Source: Lytechinus pictus
Taxonomy: Eukaryota
DNA: 64,000 bases
Direction: 5' to 3'
Assembly (NCBI RefSeq): GCF_037042905.1
Contig: NC_087252.1
Location: 28,148,001-28,212,000 of the forward strand
The notes under the pieces were generated by a model that was not told the DNA's origin, did no database searches, and saw only the letters and a program-made list of their open reading frames with translations. Position numbers and translations under genes: made by a program. Position 1 is the stretch's first letter, and the number at the start of each line of letters is the position of its first letter. Below are positions 23,914-37,606 of the stretch, piece after piece.

Positions 23914-24517
23914 AAAACGCTGTAACATAGATCAAAGCAACTTTGGGATGTCTCTATCAGCAGAAGTTCAGACCAGCATCTTTTCCTGTCTTGTTCTTTT
24001 GTTTTTAAACAAAACAAAGACAATTAGATAGCTCTTCTTCAATGTATTTTCAGTTGGAACAAAAATATTTTTCATTAAAAAGGCGGGACTTTGGGAACTT
24101 TAAAAAAGAAAGAGAACAAAATGCTCAAATTCTCTTTGATTTATGTTGTCTATATGTCACCCAGAAAAGATCATGACTGAGGAGAAGCTAGGTTTAAATT
24201 AAATGCCAAACAAATGAAACTTAATACCATCAGGCAAGTAAAAAGGTCTCCTTTGAAGGTCATACAGAGCCTGATGATCTTAAATTGAGTATTATGACAT
24301 TTTGCAAATGTCACGCAATCATTGCTTATTTCACACAAGGAACAGTGATTAAAACTGTCTGCTAAGCCCCGGGATTTATCTATGAGTTTGCACTATATTT
24401 TGTTTTGATCTTGGTTTTATGATACACATATTGTTTTTCATAGTTTCTTCAGTCTTCATTTCTACATAAACAATCTACATATAACTATAGTGAATATTCT
24501 TCCATATTCATATTCAT

Positions 24518-24660
24518 TGTAGTTGTAGTGGTAGGAGTAGTAGCAGAATCAGCAGCAGCAGCAGTTGTAGTAGTTGTAAGAGTAGTAGAAGTAGTAAGAG
24601 TAGTAGCAGCAACAGTCGTAGTAGTATATAGCAGCAGTAGTAATAATAGTAGTAGCAGAA
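24518..24660. repeat. (GTA/GCA)n trinucleotide low-complexity repeat
   Basis: Direct inspection. Confidence 0.85.
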
Positions 24661-25483
24661 GATTCAGTTAGTACATGTAGAAGAAATCAGTAAGAGTTCT
24701 TCTTTTTTACTTAAACAAACGTCATCTACTTGGATTAGAACTGGAAAAAAAAACATTCAACTTAATAAGAAGAACACTTTTCAACACAATGAAGTCTGCT
24801 GAATAAAAGGAAACCATCATTCCAATCACTAAAATCTAGCTACCTCATACAGTTTTACAAACTCTAACTTTATATTGAATAACAAGGGCATCAATCTGTG
24901 CGGAGCCAACACACCAAAGTGCAGACACATTAATTTAATGCTGCCTGCTAACTGCACAGTGCTTGGGGCCTAAAGCAAAAGGAGACCATAGTTCTGCACT
25001 TGAATGACGTAATGTCAACATATCAGCGTTTGCTCCGTCGGATCATTAGCATATTGAAGGGCACCAAAAGAGAAGAAGTTTTCCCCCCCAGCATCCCCGA
25101 GAAGTTTTTTTTCTTTTTTTTTGCATAGCAGCCGGGCTAGCTGCCTGCATGCCTATGACCTCAGAGCGCCTCCTTAAATGTCAATTTTCTCCACATCTTC
25201 GACGGGGGGGGGGGGGGGGGAGAGAGAAAAAAAAAACTAGGACAGTGCACATGTGCGGCTGCTAGATGACATTTCAGTGAAATTGAAATTACGACATGCC
25301 AAGTACTTTTTTCCCTTGCGCTCTGCCATCCTTTTTCTTCATCTTCATCTCCGAAGCATCCCTCTCTCGTTCTCATTCCCCCATCCGATGTACTTGTGGT
25401 CATTTCATTTGGGGTTTTCTATTCATGCCCCTTCTCTCTGTCATTTCTCTCTTAATCTATGCTTCTAGCTACTTATCTGACAA

Positions 25484-25608
25484 TCAATCAAACTATCTAT
25501 CTGTCTGTTTGTCCATCCCTCTGTCCATCCATCCATCCATCCACTCATCTATCTATCTATCTATCTAACTAACTATCTATCTATCTATAACTCCATCTAC
25601 TTATCTAA
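25484..25608. repeat. (CTAT)n/(CCAT)n tetranucleotide microsatellite
   Basis: Direct inspection. Confidence 0.85.
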
Positions 25609-25630
25609 TATGAAGTAATAAACAACTTAC

Positions 25631-25911
25631 AGTTGTCAATCCATTTGTTTTAGTTCTTGGTAGAAAATTTTTGAATAAACCGAATTTCATATAATAAAAT
25701 ACAAAGAACAATTGGGGATATGACATCATCAATTTGCTCATTGAATATTCATGAAGACTTGCCTAGAACTGTTTCACCCGAATAATGCAAATCTTTAAAA
25801 TTCAATAACTTTGTTATTTCTTATCCGATTTTGGTATAATTTTCAGCATTTAGTTTTGTGAATTTTACTCTATTTATTGAGATATGAATATTTTCAGCCT
25901 TGAGTATCCCT
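25631..25911. mobile_element. Kolobok/T2-type MITE, partial diverged copy
   Basis: Homologous to one arm of 7987-8489; ends TTTCAGCCTTGAGTATCCCT. Confidence 0.7.
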
Positions 25912-26196
25912 TTGACATTGTCCAATAGGTAATATATATCTTGGTATAAGCCAGAATTCAATATAAAAAAATAGAACATAATGTGCTTCTCTACATATTA
26001 CCCCCAAACTATGTAAAGTTACACAAATTTATCCTGTGCCGAGGGAAGCAAGGAATATCTAATGAAAAATGTGTTGTAATCGGTAGCATCCGTCACGTGC
26101 AGTGCAGAGATTCCTTCAATGTGCTTTATCATGTCCATCCACGGAGCTCAGTTACACGCGATATTCCTCCTCGTAGCGAAATCTATCTTCCACTCA

Positions 26197-26210
26197 GTTA
26201 CCATGGTGAC
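26197..26210. promoter_or_regulatory. RFX X-box-like motif overlapping a half-CRE
   Basis: GTTACCATGGTGAC runs into TGACGCAA. Confidence 0.35.
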
Positions 26211-28126
26211 GCAAGAGAACGGAAGACCTCCATTGTGATGTACGGGGTAAATCTACTCCCACAACTTCTCTTTTTATTCCCTCATTTGCATATTCCATAT
26301 CCCCCATCTATACTCCCCTTAATTTCTATCTCTCTATTTCACCTTAATTATTCATTATATCGTCCTTTTTACCACCAATTTTAAATGCATGTTTGCGTGT
26401 TTTGCTTTCAACGTTTTATCCCCCTCTCTCCCACACACGATTGCTATCTCATTTATCATCCACAACTTCATCTTTTTCTATTTTACACAAACATTCCATT
26501 TATTTAATAGCAATTCTATTTGTATTGGTTCTATTCGGACAACTGGATTATCTTTGGTGCTCTGCAATAAAGAAAATCAAACAATATACATGTAGATGAA
26601 ACACACAGACATTTACTATTAAAGAAACAAGGTTTTGGGATAATAAACGCTGTTCTTTCTTTGCCCCTATCCACAGACCATTCTCCCTCCCTTTCCCTCT
26701 CCCTCCCTCCCTCTCCCACTCTCTTTCGCTCTTTCTTTCTCTCTCTTTCTCTATGTCTCTCCGTCTTTCCACCTTTCTCCTTCCACTTGTCTTTCCCCCT
26801 CTCTCATCTCCATGTAACCCCCTTGGTTTCTTCCCCCTCTTGCTCCCCCTCTTCATCTCTTTCTCCCTCTCTCTTCTCCTTCCTCTCTCTACTCCTCCCA
26901 CTCTCCCATCTCTCTCTTTCCATCCCTCCATAACCCCTAGCCCTCCTCCCCCTCTATCCCCTTCTCTCCTCTTCCTGTCTTTCTTCCTCCCCCATTCTTC
27001 AAATACCAAAGTTCATCTCGAAGAGCATCATCCCTCATCTTCCGTTCCGTTTTTTTTCCCTTTCCTCCACACCATCAATCCTTCCCCGTCGTTCAGTAAG
27101 ACACCGTCCGAGGCTGCCTTCATCCTCTCGTATGATCTCATACCAACACAACGGCGGGCTCCTACGTAAGACATGACGGTTACAGGATGTTTTTCATGTC
27201 AGTTCCTCAATGGAAGCCATTCAAGACAAGCGTTAGCTCTAAAGGGAATACGAAAACAACACAACAGACACATCGGCATAATGCCACAGCCCTCATTCCT
27301 ATTCGTGTGAAACAAGTAATAGCAATACCACGTTTTCCGTAGAAGACTTGTTTACTTCTTAATAGGCATATACTGTCCCTAAGCCTATTGCTCTGATGAA
27401 AAGATTATATGGTCGCTTGGGAAGCCTTCAAAAGATATACTCAGAATATATTTTAGTAAAAACTCAGTCTCTAAACTTAGCTTCCTTATTTTTTATTCTG
27501 TAGATTTTATTTCCGTTTATAAATCTACTACTAGATTAATAGAGTGAACGTGCAGTCATCTTTATAATGTAGTGTTCCATGGGTTGCTCTTGGACATCTT
27601 TTACGCACAAATAAAGTCTTGTAAATATTAAAAAAGGAATATAAATTTACCACTTTCGCGTTGTATGCTTCTATAAGTAATCTGTTCATATCAAGATATG
27701 CTTATGTACTTGTGGAAGTCACTATATTCTCTTTACAGTTCATATTTTACTTGCATTAGGTTTGCCAAAATCATACTTTTTCATCCAATTGAAAAGAAGT
27801 GGAATATCTGATATTTAATATCGTGAATTGAGTGTGTGGCACCATACTTCTGAAGATGCAAGCAAATTTTTAAAATACCATAACTTTCTTTCGACTCTAC
27901 ATCTGATTTTGAAAAGTAGACCTATGGCTATAATTATGTCAACAATAAGGTTTAACTTACTTTTTGTTCAGATTTTATTCTCTGCACATTATTTTTTCTT
28001 CTTATCCCCAATGGCAGAACAATTACCGGTGGTGGATAAATGCATTCAAGCTTGGATTTTTTTTAAATTCTCTCTCTCTCTCTCTTTCTTTCTGCACTCA
28101 TTCCTCTTCGGAAACTTGAGCTAATC

Positions 28127-28256
28127 GAGGGAGTGTTTCATGAAAAGCTTTGTCAGTGATTTTCCCTCTCTAATTCCCTCTCATCCAATCCGAGGCAAGG
28201 ATCTGCGCGGCTCGCATGGAGGAAAATCACTAACAACTGTTCATGAAAGCTCCCCC
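28127..28256. mobile_element. Short GGGGAG-TIR MITE
   Basis: GGGAGTGTTTCATGAA...TTCATGAAAGCTCCCC. Confidence 0.6.
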
Positions 28257-28419
28257 TGAATAGATAAAACCTTGAAAAACTAGTCATCCCTGCTAAGGCC
28301 AACTGACAGAGTATGAATGGGTGCAGGGACCTTGCTACAGTTGGCAGTAGATCAAGGCAAGATACGTCACGAGTACTTGAGAACTAGTAACTAGTATAGC
28401 CATGGACCATGCTTTTTGG

Positions 28420-28848
28420 ATATTCATTAGGTGGGCTGATGATGTCACATCTCCACTTTCCGTTTTCTTATGTTATTACATAAAATCATATTTTTGTCAT
28501 TATTTCATACTTGTGTGAATAATATGTTTCCCTTATAATGAAATAAGTTGCAGCAATAAATATCTAATGCACTAAATCAGTTGTCAATCCAATTATTCTA
28601 GATCTTTGAGGAAAAAATTTGAATAAACCTTATTTCATATAATAAAATACAAAAGAACAAGTAAGGATGTGACATCATCAGCCCACCCAATAAATATTCA
28701 TGACGACTGTTTTCACAAATATTGCTTAACTTTAAAATTCAATAACTTTGTTATTTGTTATCCGATTTTGATGAAACTTTCGGCATTTTGCTCAGTGAAT
28801 TCTACTCTATTTATTAAGCTATAAACACTTTCAGCCCAGACCATCCCT
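28420..28848. mobile_element. Kolobok/T2-type MITE, left-truncated copy, inverted relative to 7987-8489
   Basis: The interior is the reverse complement of ~8140-8355; it ends CAGCCCAGACCATCCCT|TTAA. Confidence 0.8.
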
Positions 28849-29000
28849 TTAACTGTAGGTATATGTCCTCAAGTCATAGTGAAGGTCAAACGCCAGTCTT
28901 TTCGTGGTCAACCTCAAGGACGTGAACCTCAAAGAGGCCAACCGAACTTCAGAATTAAACCGAAGCCATACACACAAGTTTGTTTTCAATTGGTCTAATT

Positions 29001-29283
29001 AATGCCAGTTCGTCCAATTACCAACTCGTCTAATATCATTTGGTCTACCATCAGGTCATCCACTAGCTTATTGCCATTCCGTTCACTCAACCTTTCACCT
29101 AATAACCAGTTGATCCAATAGCCATTTAGTCCAAACATCATTTGGTCTAATTGGACTAAGTGTTAATTGGGCAAAATATACGTTGTTAGACGAAATGTAG
29201 ATGGACGCAATGGCATTAGATTAAATGAAGGTAGACCATGTGATGAGTGGACGAGTTGGCAATAGACGAATTGGCAATTTACC
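29001..29283. mobile_element. Foldback element with ~15-bp subterminal tandem repeats
   Basis: CAACTCGTCTA-like units on the left are mirrored by TAGACGAATTGG units on the right. Confidence 0.6.
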
Positions 29284-31605
29284 CACACACATACGGGATA
29301 TCAAGGAAAGGCTTATATTTGGGCAGGGACGTGTCTCCCTCTCACGTCCCTGCTTTGGGAATCCACACAAAAAGGATTTTACAATGAAGGTGATTTTATA
29401 ATATATGTAACAAACAGGAAGTTTCGTCTTTAATACATGCCATGTGGAATAAAACGTGCAAGAGTCTACATGACGTTGCCCATGATACGCAGGAATGTCA
29501 TGACTATGCAGAGGTCAACGAACGTCCACTTGGCTTTCATGTGCAAAGATGCCTACCGACTCTTCAGAATCTACAATAATTTTTTCATACAAGAAAACAA
29601 AAGGCTGAAAACAGACAATACACAGAAGGAATACTTGCTTTATCATGACGCAACATGCACACGTCCATGAGGTTGACCATCTCCAAGACTTGAGGACATA
29701 CCTACACTTAAGAATCTTCAAGTATTATGCATGAGAAAAAAATGCTAAAAAACAGCCAGCAGAAAATGGTAGATTTGAGTAAATGTAAGCTGTGCATACG
29801 CAAGATCTAGATGCAAGAGTGTCATGACGATATAGAGGTCAATGCACTTTCTCACATGGCTATTCATGCACAGGATGGCTTTCGTCAACCTCTTGATGAC
29901 CTTAGTGATAAGTACACTTCAGAATCTTCAAGCATTTTTACAAAGGAGAATGAAATGTTAAAAACAATCAGCAATAAAAAAGCAAAACCTACATCGTTTT
30001 GGATCTATAAATGAAATGGATGTTTTTTTGATAAAATCAGTAAGGTTCTCAAAAATCTCATTGCGTTACATAACAGAGGTGTTTGACAATTGCACTCTTA
30101 TCAGTCTCCTTGTAGGTTTACATCCCAATATTACTCAACATTCAAAAAATAAATATCATCTGAAATCCTATTTTTTAATCTTTTATTTCTATTTTTCTAT
30201 CCAGAATCCCTAAAAATATTAAATATTTACTGCAAACTTTTGCTCATGACTCTTTTTTTCATTAGAAGCCATGGAAAATATCAGCAATAATTTCAAAATC
30301 CCCCAATTGGAAATAAGATATTAAAGACTTTCAAATCAATGCCTTCAAATCTTATGTGGCACAGCATGTTAATATGTGTGTTTTCAACCTTTCAACAACA
30401 AAATTTCCTGAACATCTTTGATGTTGAAATATTTTCAAAAGTATATTCTAAAATATCAATTTAAATTTCAAATGTATTGGATTATGTGCTTCCACCAGAA
30501 AAGGAGATATGATCAATAAAACAGGTAAAACATGCCTGTGTGATTGAAGAAAATCATTCAATTCAATGCTTTTTTATTTAAAGTATACATAGCATTTCAT
30601 GAAAATATAGCAGTACAAACTACAAGCATTGTCAGTTTGAAGAGTGAGATATGATCAAATGGTCCATAATAATTCATTAGGTCCTTAAAGATCTTCACAA
30701 ATTAATAATAATTTTCTACTTAGAAAGCAAATGAAATCACTTCTATGGCCAGACATTATAATTTTGCGCGAGAAAAATAAGGCATCCCAAGACATATCAA
30801 TTAAATGTCTGCCAGGATGGGAAGACACATGGAAGGATTCTATTTATCAACTTGTATGTAGGGCACTTGACCCAATGACATTTCCTTTAGACGTTTATGG
30901 TCACTCATATGAGAAGGGCAGGGGAGAAAATTGGAGTAAATCGAGTGGGATAAAGGGCATGCAAGGTGGGCGAGAAGATGGCAGAAATGTCAGATTGACA
31001 AAAGTAGATCAGGGGGCCGGGGCATTTGAGTGAGATTATCCGGTGGAGAAACACGTATCTAATCCATATACTCCACCCCCTTCCTCCCAAGGAAAAAGTG
31101 TGCCTACATTTTCTGATGGAAAATAACAAAAAGGTCTAGCTTGGGGAACTCGGTGATTGGGTTTTCAGTTCTTGTGCTGAAGTTTACATGAATGAATAGG
31201 ATGTTGAAATAATTTGGGTATTTATATGAGAATGAACATTTAATTATCATTGGGAAAGGCAAGGTTCTCCAATTTGCAGGTGGGACTTCACTGCAGCTAT
31301 GAACTCCTACTTCAATGGTAATACCCTACTCGTGTAAATTCACGCAGCAAATCAATTGTTCGGGGGGGGGGTGAATTGTGTCATCATATATATATTTACA
31401 CCCATGGAGCAATATCAATATTTCTTAAAAAGCTTAGGGCCTATATGTCTATTACTATATCGAAAGCAGTAAACATATGGCATGGAGTTGGCTTCAATAA
31501 ACACAGAAATGTGAGCGAAGCATGCATGTTTTTATTTATTTATAGGTTTTGCAAAAACCTATCAACGACGTATAGAGTTACAGATTTTTTTTATTCGTAA
31601 CTTTG

Positions 31606-31613
31606 TGACGTCA
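31606..31613. promoter_or_regulatory. Full CRE palindrome (TGACGTCA), possibly TE-borne
   Basis: tgTGACGTCAca in a SIK intron. Confidence 0.3.
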
Positions 31614-33385
31614 CATGCGGATAGCTCCCACATGTGCCAAGTGATATCAATATCATTGAATTCTGTTTACTCAGTCTACATCCAAATTTGTTTTATTACA
31701 AAGTCTAAATTACCACATTACGTATCAGTTTGAAAGACAATAGAATAAGCTACATGCTTTTATTTTATACTTGATCCATTAATTGTCTCCGAGTTCATTT
31801 TTCATGTTAGGGAGAGAAGTCTTTTCTTAGAAAGAGGTTCAGAATAGAAAATGGGGGAAATAAGTCACTAATCATTAATATTATTCATTGATAATTGGTT
31901 ATAACAGAAGATCCATGATGGAATAAATGCTATTATAATATTATAATAATAATGATTAAATTCATGAAAGTGATATTGAGTGCAGGATTTGTTTTGCATT
32001 CGGTTGGAGAGATGCGATGACCTAGCAGGAGGTGAACGGCTAGTTTGATGGATGTGGGTATACGTAATGCCTTGCCTTGGCTCGGAGGAGAATGCCAGAG
32101 ATTTTCAATCAATAAGCTCCTGCGTTCGATGACGCATTGTCCGTGGTTTTAAAACAGCCAGCAGTGTCTAGTCACCCCGCTCCAGTTTTCTTTCTGTGCA
32201 TTTTGTGTCTTTTGTTTTTTCTCTTCTTTCATTCTATCTCTCTCTCTCTCATTCTGTCTCTCTTCCATCTTTTCTCTCTCTTCCATCCATGCTCTCTTCC
32301 ATCCTTTCTTAAATCTTGCTCTCTGAGTTTCTCCCTCTCTCTTTATTTTTCTTTTTCTCTTAACTATCTCTTCTTCTCTCCCTTTCCGCCTCATTCCCTC
32401 TTTCTCTCTTCATCTTAAACATTTCTTCTTTCCCCTGTCGGTTCTTCAACCGCTCCTTTTTCTTATCTCAAATTCTTTGGTCCTGCTCGGACTCACATTC
32501 TGCCTCCACCTTTCTCTCAACTTCACTCTCTCTACTTGCCTCTCTCTCCCTCTCTCCTTCTATCCTCTCACTCTAATCATTCTCGTTCTTGTCCCCGTCT
32601 TCCCCTCTTTCCATCTCTAACTATCTCCCTTTCCGTGGAAAGAGATAGGGAGACAGAAAGACAGACAGTAGCGACAGATGGACAGACAGCAAAAGATATG
32701 GATATTTGTCAATCTTTCTTCGGAGCAACAAATGCCGCTTGCTCTGTCTGCCGTAAACAAGAAATGAATAGCAGAGCGGGTCATGTAAAGGAGAACGAAC
32801 AACAACTCTTTGATTTTGTGCTCTCTTTATGGACACTGCTATGAATAATGGAAAAGCAGTAACTGAAAATGTTATAGTCATTTATTATCCAAAGTTGTTT
32901 TCATTGTAATGTCCTCGTTTTGAATGTAAGGTTATCCTGGGTAGCAAAAACATTTATCTATACAGAAATTCTAAACCTATTCTACTCTAATTTGAATAGA
33001 TACTTTTTAGAAATCGACGAGAGTATTTGTAATTTTGATTTGAAATTCTTTTAAGCGCCCCTCTAACAAGATTTCTTTCAAAATCTGAGTAGATCATGGT
33101 AGGCCTACGTAATATCAAACCAAAACAGTACTGCGAACACAACTTGTGTTGATTAACTATTTATAATACAAATGCCCCAATATCGCAAACAAAGTTTGGA
33201 CTTCATGGGACTATACAAACTTCGAAATTGCAGGACTGATTTGACCTGAGTCATTTTGCGCCAAAGAAGGATCATTATCCTGAATCAGATACTCTGCGTC
33301 ACGATCAAATCAATCTACCAACGACACCCCACCCCCCCCCCTTTCCCCCTCTCTCCCTCAGGAAACAGGCCATGATAACGAACAA

Positions 33386-33461
33386 TGATGTCATCAAAAC
33401 TACGCAGCTTACGTCACAGGATCCAGGCACTGGCTGGCTGGCTGGACAAACTTGATGAAAT
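33386..33461. promoter_or_regulatory. CRE-variant/ATF cluster
   Basis: TGATGTCA (33386), TTACGTCA (33409) and TGATGAAAT (33453) in a CpG-enriched intronic patch. Confidence 0.35.
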
Positions 33462-35185
33462 ACTTCCCGTAACGCAGTTTAGGATCCCTCCAAAATGAAA
33501 GTAGCATATCTTACCGCATGAAATCCTTTCAGATAGGAAGAAAGATAGCGTCCTGTGGAGTCAGCGCGGCGCAGTTGACATCCAATATTTGATGATATGA
33601 GTGGCAGTTTTCATGGATAATTGATCAGGGGGGGTTATTTAATATATCAGGTACTGTGCAATATCGATGCATGTGATATTTTCAGAGCCATGTGTTCAAT
33701 GCTTTCCATAACGAGCAGATGATTTTATAGAATGAAAATCAAAAATAAATTGAACACAATTCAATCAATATAAAACAATCAATGTTATGAACATATTGTT
33801 TTATTAAACAATTTATGTGATCCTGTAGAGGGGAACTAAAGGAATTGAGTGTGGCATGCATGTAGATCTATGAATTATATTGATAATGTGGCTAATCAAA
33901 GTTGATTACCCTCTATTCAAAATTAAATATAGAGAGGGGGGAGAGGGAGTGGAAAGTGGGAAATATTTTGTGTGTCTCTCACTCTCTCTCTCACTCCCAT
34001 TTTAAGCACTTACATAATCATGATTGATTTTATTCAACTGTGGACATTACTCTGGTCATTTCATAATCATTGTATTCCATTCCAAACCACCTAACTCTCC
34101 TGATATTGCAACTACCCCCCCCCCCCCCCACTCTCTTACGTATAAAAAAATCTCATGTCCCGAAAAAAATTGTTTCTTGTTATTCTTGAATTACTATGAC
34201 AACATGTAATTATCTATTGCATTACTGTAATTTCACACAGAGTGCAATTAACGCTGTGATGTAACACTTGAAAGTCAAACCGAGCATTATGTAATTATAA
34301 ACTACTGCAGAGAAGGCTAGTCTACTAGCTAGGAGAAATGCAGTAATTCCACAGAGGTTAAAGCCTAGACAAGTCAACTTTCTCAATCACTGAATATGGG
34401 ATAAGACTATCAAACGATAGCAGAATCTCCATGCATTGCCAATGGGACAGGACGTCATTGTGGTCTTGAAGTTCAGGCTCACTGCCAGGTGCAATAACCA
34501 ACAAGGTGTCTGAATCCACAGACTACAGCCAGTAATCATATTGCGCATTTGGTATGGACTGATATTCACAGAAGGCGCCCGAGTTATTGATTTCCCCCTA
34601 TCCAGCACTTTCCAACCTGAACAAACCCTCGCAAATGTCAGAGGGCGACATCATCGACGAGGCTCGCTCGCACCCTTCTCTCTTCCAGCATTTTTCTGGT
34701 TGGTTGTTCTTTTTATTTACTGTGCATTTTTTGTTGGCTTTATGTTGCTCACACGATTTCTTCTGGTGATTAATGTCTGTAATGGTTTTCTTTTAACGCC
34801 AAGGGAGACATACAGGGTAGCTTGTTTCTTGAAGTACTGTACATAACAAGTTCCTGAAGCCTGTCTCTCTGTTTTTTTTTTCTATAATTTTCTTTCTTTC
34901 TCAGCCTTTTCTGATGCTTCTTCAGATGTTTTCACATCTAAAATATTGTAAAATCCCTGCTTGATAGGGCAGTGACCATCAGTGTCCACAGTGTGTGTCA
35001 ACAGTGTGTCACAATGTGAAATCATTATCACTAGTAAATACGAAGATTTTAACCACATGTGTGAATCACATTTTCCTTTTGATATACATGTAGTCTGATA
35101 TTGGCAACAATCAACACAATGTGAATGCTGAGTACTGAAGGCATGTCTGCAGTGTGTTTCATCTCCACACTATTTACTTAAAGCA

Positions 35186-35480
35186 CTTGAACACTGTGAA
35201 ACACACTAGGAACACACTATGGGCACACTTTGAACACATTGTGAAGTGTGAACACAATGTGGATACACTGTGAACACACTGTGAACACAGAGAACACACT
35301 GTGAACACACTGAGAATATACTGTGAACACACTGAGAACACGTTGTGAACACACGGAGTGCACTCTGTGAACACACTGAGAGCACTCTGGGAACACACTG
35401 TAAACACACTGAGAACACACTGTGTTCACACAAACTGTGAACACACAGAGAACACACTTTGATAAACTGTGAATACACTG
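35186..35480. repeat. ACACTGTGAAC-type minisatellite (part of an interspersed family)
   Basis: Degenerate ~11-13-bp units; the same array and shared flanks (gtgtcc..agtgtg..tgtgaaatca) occur at ~47919-48798. Confidence 0.8.
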
Positions 35481-35748
35481 TTTGTCCCTACATAATTTGC
35501 AGCAGGAATCCCCCCCCCCAAGAAGATTTCCAACTATAGGCCTACATTTACATGTACATGTACACCAACCTGAAACCTGCCTGAAATTTACATGAACACC
35601 AATTATACAATATATAGAATAAATGAGGTTAACATCCTTCAACCTGTACACAATATTTTGAGCATGCCCTAATTTCATCAAATTTGTGATCAATGTAAAT
35701 TTATCCTTAAAATTGTGCAAAAAGAAGGGTAATGTGTAGGTAATATAA

Positions 35749-36146
35749 TACCCCTTTCATAAACCCAATAAAACCCAATTATGCGGCTAATAGCAGCATA
35801 ATTTGGTCGTAAAATCAGAGGAGGACAAGAGTTATCCGCATTATTCTGATGCTGCTATTATCCGCATAATAGCGGCATCGGGACAAGATTTTGAGTTTAT
35901 GAACGTATTTCCAAATAATGTGGATAATTGCCATGGTGCGGTCACAAGGTCACCCTTTTCCAACACAACGGCATCGGAGGGGGCGTGTCCAGTTGTCATG
36001 ACGATTATCCGCCTTTTTCAGGATGGCGCTCGTAAAAATAATGCGGATAATTTTCGGAGTTTGTGAACGCAATTTTTATTGAATTACCGTATTACTCTTA
36101 GGCGGCTAATTGGAGGATAGGTTTTATTGGGTTTATGAAAGGGGTA
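35749..36146. mobile_element. Young PIF/Harbinger-type MITE, family C copy 1
   Basis: TAA|TACCCCTTTCATAAACC...GGTTTATGAAAGGGGTA|TAA; nearly identical to 63187-63566. Confidence 0.9.
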
Positions 36147-37606
36147 TAAGTGTGTTTTTTTCTTTTTGCTTGTAAGCATTGTGTTTGAACTCTGCAATTC
36201 CCTTTCAAGATTTGTGCATGGATCACTCTATTCCTGAACATGTAGGCCATGAGTCAATTACCATCCAAAAATAGTACTTTCTCATTTTCACTCCTTTTGG
36301 TGTCTTATATGATATTAGACAACATTCACAATTTATCTGACCATGAAAAGTAATTGTGATATTTTTTTTGTCAACAGATGCATTAACTTGTTGCGCTTAA
36401 CCATGCTACAGCTTTAAGGGAGCAAATATTACAATGCCCTATTTTGACTAAATCAATAGACAATATAAGAGCTGGGGAAAATTACGGAGCATCGTCAAAC
36501 TCAGAATTTAATCAACCTGAAGAGCCTCTTCAAGTGAGAACATTTTTTTTTTCATCTCTCTCCAGGTATCCTTGCCCTCGATCACAATCAATCTTTGCTT
36601 TCCCGGAAAACGGACAATCCTCGACGACACATCGCACAAATTGTCAAGCAGTGAAAGAAGATGGCCACGTGACGGGGTGACGATTCCATGTACAATAAGA
36701 AAAAATATTCATTGATCGACCTTAGATGTCATAGAGAATCATGTAAATTTAACATGGATAAATGACTATGTGTATGAATGTGTTTTGTCTACAAGCAATA
36801 TTCGTTTGTCTTTTGCACTTCTTTTTTTATTCCCATCTCTTGCTCAGTCTATATGCTTCTAAATGCCCAGCCCCCCCCTCTCTCTCTCTCTCTCTTTCTC
36901 GTTAAAGTTAAAATGAGAATCATAAGCCTAAAATTACATTCTAAATCACAAATTTGTATACCTGTCAGAATGAAAAAAATAAATTAAATGATATTTTATT
37001 TCTGATTCATGTTGATCAAATCCGCACTTAAGCTTGTAGGCTTTTACAGCCCTCCCTCCCTCTTAGCCCCATTTACCCCCAAAATAACATATATTTGAAA
37101 ACAAACCTTAGAGGGCAGGAATTAAATATGTCTCCCTAAATGAATTTATTCAAAGGTTAAGAAGACTAGGGGTCATTAATTCACTCCAAAGTCACATTTT
37201 TTAAAATTTCCAGCTGGTGAAATAATGAAAAGAAATAATATTTTCTCTTTGGGGACTGTCTTGTATTCTTTCTACCTCTGAAATAACCATTTGAATTGAA
37301 CCAAATTGAAATTTACAGCCTGTACATGCAGGCCTACATGTATGTTCACATGTATAAACGTCTTTCAATTTATTTATTTTTCAATACATCTGCTTATTAT
37401 TGGAGTCAAATATGACTATAATTTCAAATTTTTTTTTACTACATCTGCTTATTATTGGAGTAGTCAAATATGACTATAATTGGCATCAGCTTGGAGTCAA
37501 GTTTATGCAACTTAGTCAAAGAAATATGATACCGAGTTGAGATCGAACCCATGTCACGCATAGGTAATGTAGAAGAGAAGTCGCTTTGACTGGCAAAACA
37601 GTCAAC

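Noticed and set aside
26548-27169. Long S/L/P/F-rich or R/E/G-rich ORFs (also 13916, 32137, 42753, 39154, 35174-35720, 48424)
   Set aside because: Translations of CT/GA tracts, trinucleotide repeats and minisatellites, with no domain signal or splice support.
35803-36066. Duplicated small protein gene (MVVKSEED..., also 63231-63464)
   Set aside because: Both ORFs lie inside copies of the same MITE, start at non-ATG codons and end differently.
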